Of a stretch of 64,000 bases of DNA, positions 1 through 10,234 are shown piece after piece. The translations under genes were made by a program, and so were the position numbers. Source of the stretch: Chiloscyllium plagiosum. Lineage: Eukaryota. The notes under the pieces were generated by a model. That model saw nothing but the letters and a program-made list of their open reading frames with translations, did not search any database and was not told the DNA's origin. How positions within the stretch are numbered: position 1 is the first letter of the stretch; each line of letters starts with the position of its first letter. The stretch covers positions 23,404,637 through 23,468,636 of the forward strand of contig NC_057718.1 in the NCBI RefSeq assembly GCF_004010195.1. Direction: 5' to 3'.

Positions 1-395
1 CATGTTTACCACTCTTCCCTCATCAATCCTCTTTGTTACTACTTCAAAAATCTCAAATCAAGTTTGTGAGACATGATTTCCCATGCACAAAGCCATATTG
101 ACTATCCTTAATCAGTCCTTACCTTTCCAAGTTCATGTACATCCTATCCCTCAGGATTCATTCCAACAACTTGCCCACCACTGACATCAGGCTTACCAGT
201 CTATAGTTCCCTGGCTTGTCCTTACCACCTTTCTTAAATAGTGGCACGAGATTAGCCAACCTCCAGTCTTCCGGCACCTCACTTGTGACTATCGATGATA
301 CAAATATCTCAGCAAGATGCCCAGCCATCACACCTAGCTTCCCACAGAGTTCTAGGGTACACCTGATCAGATCCTGGGGATTTATCCACTTGCAC
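1..395 (-). mobile_element. CR1/HER1-type LINE ORF2 (RT) fragment
   Basis: Minus strand reads KPGNYRLVSLMSVVGKLLE and QYGFVHGKSCLTNL; homologous to the CR1 copy at ~17860-18185. Confidence 0.85.
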
Positions 396-396
396 T

Positions 397-1039
397 AAAA
401 CAATCTCATCACTGAAAATCTCTCATCCAATATACCAACAATACACTCCATTTGGCTTTAGAATGATTTGACATTTAGAAATCTATTGTTGTCTCCAATG
501 AGCCAGCTCAGCCTTCTGTTGACTGAGGAGAACAGGCTTTTGAGGGCCAAGACCAAAAACCTGGGCTGGCTTTCCCAGCAGCAGCAGGGATCAATATACT
601 CTAATATACTCCGGAGACTTGAGCAGATTACAATAGACTAATCAAGACATTTTCTTCTTGGAAAAAAGAACTATTTTTTGCATGTTTAAAAACATTTATG
701 ATCTTCTAAACAGCACAGAGGAAAATGCCCTCCTATTCTACTCCTCTGCTGCTTTTGAACTTCTATGTGGTCGAACGTTCCATCTGTCAGAATTTTTCAA
801 CAACTAAAGATCACTATTTAATATTAAATTGCACAATATTTATTTATGATACATATTTTCAGGAAATAGTATGAAAAATCATCCATTTAACTCGACCCCC
901 CCCAACCCTCTTTAACCATAATAGACTTCAACCATAATAGTCTGTAAATTGGGCTCTGTTCAACTTGAGAGTTTTCATCTTCCTTTCCTCAGATCCCTGT
1001 TCCATTACTCAATTACCTTTGTCCTCCTTAGTAGTCCCA
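397..1039 (+). pseudogene. Candidate EVE fragment A: Mononegavirales L-like (capping-domain HR region joined to connector region)
   Basis: Reads FPAAAGINIL-RRLE once the AATATACTC microduplication is removed (resembles the N-x-x-HR-L motif), then FLLG, KNIYDLL, RKMPSYSTPLLLLNFYVVERSICQNFSTTKDHYL, with stops and frameshifts. 649-1039 is an inverted copy of 2706-3091. Confidence 0.55.
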
Positions 1040-1487
1040 TTGGAGAAATACCAGCCATCCCGTCTCTGCAAAACCATTCAAGATCATTGGCACAATGGGT
1101 AGTCTGATCTCAGCATGTTTTCACTCCCTTATCACCCATATCAAATCTAATCCTTTTCTGTTCCCAAACAAGTTATTTTTCAGGATACTTTGGTAAAAAA
1201 GTTAATCAAAACAGGAGCTTAGGACATAGAGAGAGACTTTCTTCTTGGTATGTTGACAAAAAAAAACTATGTTGTGCATTCCATAAACATTTATGACTTT
1301 CTTATAAACAGCATAGAGAAAAATGCCCTCTTCCACTCTCCTGGACTACTTTTGAATTTCTATTGTGGGTAAATATTCCATCTGTCAGAATTTTTCAACA
1401 ACTAAAGACTACTTTTTAACACTAAATCACATAATATTTATATATTGTACAGACTATGGAGAAACAATAGTGAAAATCATCCGTTCA
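1040..1487 (+). pseudogene. Candidate EVE fragment B: divergent L-like paralogue
   Basis: LEKYQPSRLCKTIQDHWH, DIERDFLLGMLTKKNYVVHSINIYDFLINSIEK(MP), LLLNFY, YSICQNFSTTKDYFLTLNHIIFIY. Aligns with fragments A and C but is clearly more diverged; cut by an HE1 SINE. Confidence 0.55.
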
Positions 1488-1795
1488 CAGTGGCTCAGTG
1501 GTTAACACTACTGCCTCACAGCACCAGGGTCCCATGTTCATTTTCAGCCTCGGGCAGCTGTCTGTGTGCAGTTTGCACATTCTCCCCGTGTCTGCGTGGG
1601 TTTCCTCTGGGTGCTCTGGTTTCCTCCCACAGTCCAAAGATGTGCAGGTCAGGTGAATTGGCAAAGCTAAATTGCCCATACTGTTAGATGCATTAGTCAG
1701 AGGGAAATGGGTCTGGGTGGGTTACTCTTCGGAGGGTCGGTGTGGACTTTTTGGGCTGAAGGGCCTGTTTCCACACTGTAGGGAATCTAATCTGA
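1485..1795 (+). mobile_element. HE1-type tRNA-derived V-SINE
   Basis: tRNA-like head (cagtggctcagtggttaacact), V-domain gtttgcacattctccccgtgtctgcgtgggtttcc...cagtccaaagatgtgcagg, tail ggcctgtttccacactgta...tctaatct. Confidence 0.9.
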
Positions 1796-2164
1796 TCATT
1801 CAATTCTGCCACTTACCCAAACAAATGTTTCTAATCTCCTGGTGCTTAATCAACCACTGACTGTATAATGGAATGTGTTAAATCCAAGAGTTATCATGTT
1901 TCTTTCCTCACAGCACCACTTAATTGCTCAAGTAGCTTTGTCCTCTTTGGCAGTCCCAGGGGAGCTGGGATGAAGTCCCTTCACTCTCCCGAATGCGTCC
2001 AGCATCGCTGGGTTGCATAAGCACCATAGCTCTATGCTGAACTGCATGGTAGCAAGGGACTCCCAAGAGGGCAGAGAAATGCTTCAGGGACGTTCTCAAA
2101 GCATTTTGATGAAATGCAATTTGGTGAGAATTCCTGACCCACAATTGCTTGTGAAGGAAATGAG

Positions 2165-2510
2165 CAATGTTGCCAGGGTTGGAGGGTTTGAGCTATAGGG
2201 AGAGGCTGAATAGGTTGGGTCTGTTTTCCCTGGAGAGGCCGAGGGGGAGACCTTATAGAGGTTTATAAAATCATAAGGGACATGGATAGGATAAATTGAC
2301 AAGGTATTTCCCTGGGGTGGGGGAGTCCAGAACTACAGGGCATAGGTTTAAGGTGACAGGGAAAAGATTTAAAAGCGACCTAAGGTTTTCATGCAGAGTG
2401 TGGTGTGTGTATGGAATGAGCTGCCAGAGGAAGTGGTGGAGGCTGGTACAATTACAACATTTAAAAGGCAGCTGGTTGAGTACAAGAATAAGAAGGTTTA
2501 GAGGGATATG
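2165..2510 (+). mobile_element. CR1 LINE 3' fragment
   Basis: LSYRERLNRL and FPGVGESRTTGHRFKV C-terminal ORF2 motifs; matches other copies in the window. Confidence 0.9.
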
Positions 2511-2579
2511 GTGGCTCGTAAAGTGCCTCATTAAGGCACTTTGATTAATTGCCACATGGAGGTAGCAGAAAGGATGCAC

Positions 2580-3965
2580 AATCCCACTTCCTCACACAAA
2601 TCATCTGCTTGGTTATTTAAACATGACTTACCCCACATAAAGTGAAATCGGTAGATCACATATTGGACCCAATCTCTATTGAACCAAAGTGCAGGCAATT
2701 CATCCTGGGACTACTAAGGAGGACAAGGGTAACTGAGTAGTGGAACAGGGATCTGAGGAAAGGAAGATGAAAACTCTCAAGTTGAACAGAGCCCAATTTA
2801 CAGACTATTATGGTTGAAGTCTTTCTAAAGAGGGTTGGGGGGGTCGAGTTAAATGGATGATTTTTCATACTATTTCCTGAAAGTATGTATCATAAATTAT
2901 TATTGTGCAATTTAATATTAAATAGTGATCTTTAGTTGTTGAAAAATTCTGACAGATGGAATGTTCGACCACCATAGAAGTTCAAAAGCAGCAGAGGATT
3001 GGAATAGGAGGGCATTTTCCTCTGTGCTGTTTAGAAGATCATAAATGTTTTTAAACATGCAAAAAATAGTTCTTTTTTCCAAGAAGAAAATCTCTCTCTC
3101 TGATCTCCCACTTTGATTCATTTATTTACCAAAGGATTCAGAAAAATAACTAGTTGGAGAGCTGAAGAGGATTAGATTATATGGGTCAAAAGGGACTGAA
3201 ATGATCAAATACTTTTGAGGCCATGATGGTTTTATTGCTGACAATTACACTTAGAGCTCCAGTGATTCAAGGCTAAACTCTAAGAATGAACAAGAAATTA
3301 GTCAATGGACATGAAAGAATGAGTTGCCCTGGGAGTAAATAACTGGGAGGAAATAACTCAGCATTTAGTGATAGGACTACAGCTATTTCTAACTTCAGTA
3401 TATTCAAGAACCTCCATGTTTAACTGTTGATGTTGAGGTATCTTGGGTTCCTCCACTGAGATTCAGGTCTGTAACTACACAATTCCTGTGATTCTTTGGG
3501 AAGTAAATTAGTTTCCAGCTGTAGTAATGACCAGAGGAACTATGATTGTATAATGTCATCCTTTCGACTAATGAAGACTGGGGCACTGATATCTCTTGTC
3601 TCTAGCAGTGAAGACAGCAGCATTGACAAACCTTTTTAGCTTGGAATAGATTGCACAGACAGACAACTAGCACAATACCAATTATGAAGGCATCTGAGAT
3701 CTAATTCCATTCATAGAGACAGCATTAGAGGTGTTAATTTCTTTCTCATGAGCTCTGAAGGGTTGAACATTTTAAAAACAAACTGAGGGAGACAATATGG
3801 CTGATAAAATCAAACAATCCATGGTTATACCACAATTCAAATGGAAAACAAAAACCCTTCCAAAGAATCACTAGAATTTAAAATTTTCGGGAATAAGTTT
3901 CCGATTGAATCCAAGTCCATGGATTAAGGATTCATTATGATTGAGGTTATTTGGAAGTTTGTTAC
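2580..3965 (-). pseudogene. Candidate EVE fragment C: L-like, from conserved region IV through capping domain to connector, heavily deleted
   Basis: Across frameshifts the minus strand gives, in L-protein order: NESLIHGLGFNR/NLFPKIL; CLSVQ..KLKRF; SGHYYSWKLIYFPK; PKIP..GS..TEVR (GxxT-like); LPVIYSQGNSFFH; ERDFLLG; NIYDLL..RKMP; SICQNFSTTKDHYL. Confidence 0.6.
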
Positions 3966-4299
3966 AGCGGTCCAGCTAATTTGAATCAAAGCCCTGATGC
4001 AAAATGCTTTGGGCAGCAAATACATTTCAGATGAAATTATTTTGGATTTCACTTAATGTTTGAGCGAAAGTTGTGGCAGGACTGTAAATAATATGGTGTT
4101 TAATTTGTGCTAATTCTTTGTGTTCAGCATAAAATAAACCACTTGACTCTCTTACCAAAGTAAACAAGCTACGGTCTGTTTATAGAAGTGTGGAATCAAT
4201 CCACACTATTGAAAGAGTTAATGAAATATAATCTCCTTGGGAGATGTTTTTCTCCATGTGTGCACCGCAAGAAAGCACTTTTCAGAACCTCTGAACATG

Positions 4300-4850
4300 C
4301 CAGGGGTTCTTTTGCAGAATTGCCAACTGTTGTCATGAGGTAAAACAAGGCAGCAAATTTTGTGCAGAGCAAGTTCCCACTAACAGCAGTGGAATAATAA
4401 CTAGAAAGTCATTTTCATGACTCAAAACAAAATGGAGCAGATACTAGAAAACTGAAATAAAACCAGAAAATGTGAGAAATTCTCAGCAAATCATCTGTGG
4501 AGAGAAACGGAACTAATATTTCAGTTCATAACATCCTTTCACAATAGTTGTTTGAACCATCACGACCTGTCAGTTTCTTTTCCTTGGTGTTATCTGTTGC
4601 TGACTATTCCCAACATTTTCTGGTTTTATTGATGTTTCTATTCATGGTTGTTTGAGCGATAAACATTGGCTACGATGCAGAGGTTTTTGAACTTCACATC
4701 ATGGCAACTTTTGCAGTCAACTGAATGGCAGCAAGGCCTCAGTTGAACAGCTTATCCAAAACGTTGACTCATTCAAGAATGTAACACACCGTCATTACAG
4801 CACTCGAATGTAAGCCGAGAACAGGCACTTAGGTTTGAATCCCCATCCAA
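4300..4850 (-). mobile_element. Decayed Deu-domain (SacSINE1/AmnSINE-like) SINE with nested Penelope mini-element (~4425-4630)
   Basis: Similar to 61330-61790 (ggcagcaaattttgtgcagagcaagttcccac); nested inverted pair ccagaaaatgtgagaaat / attcccaacattttctgg. Confidence 0.45.
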
Positions 4851-5119
4851 GCACTTATCTTCATAACTGAAATGACTCATCCTTGGAACCATTCCTGTAA
4901 ACCTCTTCTCAGTCCCTCCAAATTCTTCACATTCTTCCAAGAGTGTAGCACCCTGAACGAGATGCAGTATTCCAGCTGAGGCTGGGCTAGTGTCTTAGAT
5001 AAATTCAACATATTCTATAATCTTTTATTCGATACCACTGTTAATAAAGCCACAACTTTCTGACTCAGTGATGAAAGTGCGAGAAAGCCACACTGATGTA
5101 GTTTATTGTATTGTAGCTT

Positions 5120-5340
5120 AGTCGAAAGTGTAATGCTGGAAAAGCACAGCAGGTCAGGCAGTATCCAAGGAGCAGGACAGTCAACGTTCCATCAGGAATG
5201 TGGCAGGGGCTGATGAAGGGCTTAAGCCCGAAACAGCAACTCTCCTGCTCCTCGGGTGCTGCTGACCTGCTGTGCTTTTCCAGCGCTACACTTTTCGACT
5301 CTGATTTCTCCAGCATCTGTAATCCTCATTTTCTCTTTCT
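5120..5340. mobile_element. Penelope-derived palindromic mini-element with hammerhead core
   Basis: gctggaaaagcacagcaggtca arm and its reverse complement; CTGATGA-agggc-ttaa-gccc-GAAAC at 5210-5234; flanked by a tattgtag direct repeat. Confidence 0.8.
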
Positions 5341-5344
5341 ATTG

Positions 5345-5980
5345 TAGTCTACTCCACTCGGGCTACTTTTGAACTTCTTGGTAGTTAAATATTCCATCTG
5401 TCAGAATTCACTCTGCTGCTCACTCCCCTATTCAAGCATTTAATTCCTGTTTAAAGAATTTATGGGAGGCTAAATTTATTACAGCAAATTCCTATGGATG
5501 CCGGAATGCCTGAGGATCATTCTAAACTGATGACGGAAGTCAGCGTGGGGCTGGGAGAAGAGGCTTGATGTAAGGGTGACTGAAGGAGAAATGAAATAGG
5601 TTTATTGGTTGATAGCAGCCTACATTAGTGTTGTGTCACTTTGCGATCCTGTTAGTTCCACACTAAAGGTAATTATGAAGAGTATATTTGTATTTCAGGT
5701 GGTCTCCTGCAGGGCTTCCTTGTTTTTTTTAACAAAGGGCTTAGGTAAATTTAACAGTAGACAACAGGCACACACCAAGATCCCAGACTACATCTGCAGA
5801 ATCCATCTTATGGCCTTTTAATGATGAATCCTTAACCTATTGACTCCTCTTCAATAGAAATTTGTTTCTGAAATTTTTTAATTCTAGCGATCATTTGTAA
5901 GAGATTTTTCTAGCTTCCTGATGAATTAATTTGCAATGATCTTAATTTCTTGTCCCCTTATTCTCTTATTACTTCCTGAC
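5345..5980 (+). pseudogene. Candidate EVE fragment D: short connector piece fused to L region III/IV
   Basis: 5345-5410 LLLNFLVVKYSICQN (homologous to A/B/C); then DPVSSTL (cf. L-protein GDPVTSS), QDP, QNPSYGL, NDESLTY*LLFNRNLFLKFFNSSD. 5820-5960 is homologous to the reverse complement of ~3800-3940. Confidence 0.6.
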
Positions 5981-5999
5981 CAACCAATAGAAATGTGTT

Positions 6000-6725
6000 A
6001 TTAATAGAGAGAAGGGAAGTGATATATTTTGAATGTAGGATTTTGAAGGAAAATCAAAGAGAGACAACATAAAATAAAAGAGACAATGCTAAAGGAGATG
6101 CTGGAACAAACAAACTTGGGTGTATATATCCATAAATCATAAAAAAAAGCAGTTTGTGAGAACAGTTAATAATGCACATCGCAACCTGGGTTTTATTAAT
6201 TGGAACATGGAGTGTAAGATTAAGGAGGTTATATTGAACTGACCTAAGACACTAGCTCAGCCTTCGCATCTAGTTCTAGGTGCTGCACTTTAGGAAGAAT
6301 GTAAAGGGGTTAGGGGGAATAAGAAGAGCTTTACAAGAATGGTTCCAAGAATGAGTCATTTGTGGTCAGGAGATGGATTGGATCTGTTCTTCTCAGAGAA
6401 GGGAAGACTGAGAGGAGATCTGACAGAAATATTCAAAATCTTGAGAGGTCTGGACAGTGTAAATGAGGACAAAATGTTCCAAATCATGAAAGGACTGACT
6501 ACAAGAGGGCACAGATTTTGGGTGATTTGTAAAAGAAACAGAAGTGATATGTGATTATTGTCTGGAATGCACGGCTGAGACTGTGGTGGAGGTGGGTTCA
6601 ATCAAGCCTGTCAAAATGGACTTCATTGATTATTTGAAAAGGAACAATTTGTGGGATTACAGCAAGAAGGCAGGTAAATGGCTGGAGGTGAATTGCTCAT
6701 TTGAAGAACTGGAGTAGACAAATTG
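6000..6725 (+). mobile_element. Old CR1 LINE 3' fragment
   Basis: EKGRLRGDLTEIFKILRGLD and TRGHRF motifs. Confidence 0.8.
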
Positions 6726-6794
6726 CCAAATTACAGTTTTGTGACTTTGACCTATCCTTTGGCTCAAGGTCTTAAGCGTCCCATTTTCTAAAGT

Positions 6795-7345
6795 TAAAAC
6801 CAAAGAACTGTGGATGCTGTAAATCAGAAACTAAACAGAAATTGCTGGAAAAGCTCAGCATCAGTGAAGAGAAATCCAAAGGTGTGCAGATTAGGCGGAT
6901 TGGCCATACTAAATTGTCCACAGTGTCCAGGAATATGTAGATTAGGTAGGTTAGCCATGAGCAATACAGGTTACAGGGATAGGGTAGGGTATGGAGCCCT
7001 CTTCAGAGGATTGTTGTGACCTGATGGGCTGATTGGCCGGCTTCCACACTGTATGACTTCTATGAAATCAGAGTTAATGTCTTGGTGGAGTCACCCTTCC
7101 TCAGAACCTTAACAGAGAGTTAAGAATCTAAAAAGGAGTACAGAGTCGGTCAATGTGGTCTTTCCTACCAAATGGTGCCAAATTCATTTAAGCTGATTTT
7201 TATGTGAAAAGACAGTGAGGAATTCGATTCACAATTCCATTCCATTCTGATGAAGGGTCACTCGACCTGAAACATTAACTCTGATTTCTCTTCACAGATG
7301 CTGCCAGACCTGCTGAGCTATTCCAGCAATTTCTGTTTGCATTTT
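6795..7345. mobile_element. Penelope mini-element inverted arms with nested partial HE1 SINE (~6878-7065)
   Basis: aacagaaattgctggaaaagctcagca / tgctgagctattccagcaatttctgtt arms; hammerhead-like CTGATGAAGGGTCACTCGACCTGAAAC at 7247. Confidence 0.7.
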
Positions 7346-8227
7346 CTAAGACTGCTGTTCTGCCCCTGCTATTGACCTTGTCCAGGCACCATCCAGTTTA
7401 AGCAGGGGGCAGTAGGGAGCATTGGTTTCCTTGATTTTCATGGGCAATGGGCACAAAGCATGTTGCCCCGGACATGCTCAAGATAACCTGACCAATATGA
7501 TGAGTGCACAGACCTGATGCCATACGCCACATTGTATTTATAAACAAACAGGCATCACATGATACATTTAAAGACCCTATATCCTTCCATAACCTCAGTT
7601 CATCATCTGTATCCCACCCTCTGCTTTCTGGTTGTTCTTCTGTCATTCCAGCCTCTTCTATTTCTCTCTCCACAGTTTAACTCTGTCTCTGGTGTTCAGC
7701 TTTTTGGTCATGCTTCCTGGATTGGTATCAGTTTCTTTATTTATCCATTTAAGAATTGTCTGGTTCACCTTCTTTGTATAAGAGATGCCATTCAAATACA
7801 AATGCTGGTAATGCCTTCAGTGATGCTCTGGAATTGTAAAGGAGTGTTTGCCAACAGTGAGAATTAAGTCCTTCCATTATCCTTTATAAGTGATTCCAGC
7901 AAATTAATATTGTGGACATGTGAAAAGCCGTGTGGAGAGTGAAGAAATCAATTGGTGCATAACCTTAAGGAAAGACTTTAAACTGTCAGTGGACAAAATC
8001 CTATAGGGATATGAGTAACATGGCAAGATTGTGGGAGAATCAGACATGAAGTCCAGTGAGGTCTATCTTGACATCAGGACCATCTTGCTCTATCTTTGAT
8101 ACTTTATCAACTAGTGAGGTGCATTTCTCACTCAGCAGCAGGAAGTTGCCAGTTAAGGAGGATAATTGTTTGCTGAATGCCTTGTTGATGGCCCTACTTG
8201 CTTCAGTAATATTCAACATTCTATCTT

Positions 8228-8361
8228 CATTTCCTGAAGAAGGGCTTATGCCCGAAACGTCGATTCTCCTGTTCCTTTGATGCTGCCTGACCTGCTGCGC
8301 TTTTCCAGCAACACATTTTTTAAGCTCTGATCTCCAGCATCTGCCGTCCTCACTTTCTCCT
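8228..8361 (+). mobile_element. Penelope mini-element with minimal hammerhead core
   Basis: 13-bp TSD aacattctatctt (8215-8227 / 8362-8374); CTGAAGA-agggc-ttat-gccc-GAAACGTC at 8234-8261. Confidence 0.85.
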
Positions 8362-9139
8362 AACATTCTATCTTGCCAAACAAGTCAAATGTACAGAAAA
8401 TGTAGGAAGTAGAGTGGCTTCCTGGTGAATTGCTCTGAAGGACCTCCACATCACCAAACTCTCAGGGCACACTCCCCAACACCGACACACACACACACAC
8501 ACATCATGTGTGAGATTCGAAGAACCTTCATGGCACATCTCCAATCCATTAGCAGTCTACGTCAAGCAAGGCAGGATTTTGATCAGGGGGTCTAGGCACA
8601 ATAAGTCAAGGTTAGCCTTTGGCATCAGTCCAGGTGCTTAGAACATAGTTAGTTAGCTGCTGAGGGCTGTCAGGACAGGATGCTGTCCACACAAGAGTTG
8701 CATGTCAGGCAGTCACTATCTGATTTGAATCATTCTGCCCTGTTGGGTCTCTTTATCCACTAGAATGAAAAAGACAAGTATTAAAGGTGATCATGGGTGG
8801 CACAGCTGTCAATTTTGATGCAGGTGGGGAGTTGTCTTAAGCTGATGGTTAAGCAGCACTGAGGGTATGTAGGGGATGGTGGTGTCAGTGGTTGGGGTGG
8901 TTGAGGTGAAATGAGGAAAGATGTTGCATGCAGTCGCTGGATTGTTAGAACATGAGCCTCTGTGGGAAGTGGATTCAGTAGCAGAGATAGAAAAAGTGTG
9001 ATGTATTAGAGAGAAGATAATGGCACCTGCGTTGGTTGAGTAAAAATGGTTGGTGACATTCTTTCTACAGTACTGTGCATTCCTTCAGACAGTTGAGAGC
9101 GCTTTGACCTGGGTGGCAATGTCACATCAGGCTAGCATT

Positions 9140-9640
9140 GATATACAGCACAGAGATAGGTCCTTCAGCCCAATTCATCCAAGCCAACCAGGTTTCCCTA
9201 TCTCAAAGTGTCCTATTTGCCAGCATTTGATGCATATCCCTCTAAGCCTTTCCTTACCATGTACATATCCAAATATGTTTTAAATGTTGTAATTGTACCT
9301 ACTTCCTCTGGCAGCTCATTTCATAAAATTCTTTGTGTGAAAATGTTGTCCCTTTTAAATCATTCCCCTCTCACCTTAAACCTATGCCCACTAGTTCTGA
9401 ATACCCTCACCCCAGGGAAGAGGCCTTGGCTCTTCACCCTATCCAAACCCCTCAAGATTTTATAAACCTCTATGAGGTCACCCCTCAGCCTCTAATGCTC
9501 CAGGGTAAAAAATGTCCCAGCCTATCCAGCCTCTCTTTACAACTCAAATCTTCCAGTCTCGGTAACATCCTTGTCAATTTTTTCTGTACCCATTTCAGTT
9601 TAATAATATCTCTCCTATAGCAGGGCGACTCAAATTGTAC
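9140..9640 (-). mobile_element. CR1 LINE 3' fragment
   Basis: SPCYRRDIIKLKWVQKKLTRMLPRLEDLSCKERLDRL plus 3' UTR. Confidence 0.85.
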
Positions 9641-10110
9641 ACAGTTCGCAGGTGTCATGAGCTCCACTGTTGATCTTGGGGCAAGAGGAAGTTTCTCCAC
9701 CACTCAGTCCAACAGAACCCCCAGGACCTTGCCCGCATAATGGGCCACTAATTTCCTGATGTCTGTCATAGCCAGGACTAATGTCAGGAACTGTGCAAAG
9801 CAACTGCAGATTGAAAGCACTTGTCCAAGTGCATAATGAGCTTTTAAGGATGGCATGGGCCAAGGGATGCCAATGAATTCTGAGCTATCTGCTGTGCGGC
9901 AAGCAGTGGTGTAAGATGGGGCTGGAATTGATCAAGAGGAAGGCCAAAGCGTCAGGGTAGGTTATTAATGAGATGAAAAAACTCACTAGGTTTCTTGGAT
10001 GAAACCCCTTCAATGTAAATCTGACTTTGACAAAATAAACACAAGATTTAGCTCTGTGTCTCCGCGGATGTGAGTAATTGTCACATAACAGGTAGTCTTA
10101 TACATCTTTC

Positions 10111-10234
10111 TCATGAAGGGCTTTTGCCTGAAACATCGATTCTCCTGCTCCTCAGATGCTGCCTGACCTGCTGTGCTTTTCCAGCACCACACTATCGACT
10201 CTAATCTCCAGCATCTGCAGTCCTCGCTTTCACC
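10111..10234 (+). mobile_element. Penelope mini-element
   Basis: 18-bp TSD tagtcttatacatctttc (10093-10110 / 10235-10252); same family as 8228-8361. Confidence 0.85.

Noticed and set aside
720..830. KMP...NFSTTKDHYL as the L methyltransferase K-D-K-E motif
   Set aside because: Spacing is too short, and its position after the HR and HWH motifs fits the connector region better.
1485..1560. tRNA genes at SINE heads (also ~28570-28625 and ~63540-63600)
   Set aside because: These are tRNA-derived SINE heads continuous with the V-domain and LINE-like tail; no full cloverleaf.
2918..3121. Listed 67-aa ORF as an expressed viral peptide
   Set aside because: It crosses frameshifts of the inferred ancestral frame, and the paralogues do not preserve it.
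7850..9100. Possible decayed DNA transposon (Harbinger-like) pieces, also ~9650-9970, ~45160-45780 and ~59400-59830
   Set aside because: No transposase motif, TIR or TSD could be demonstrated by eye; left unclassified.
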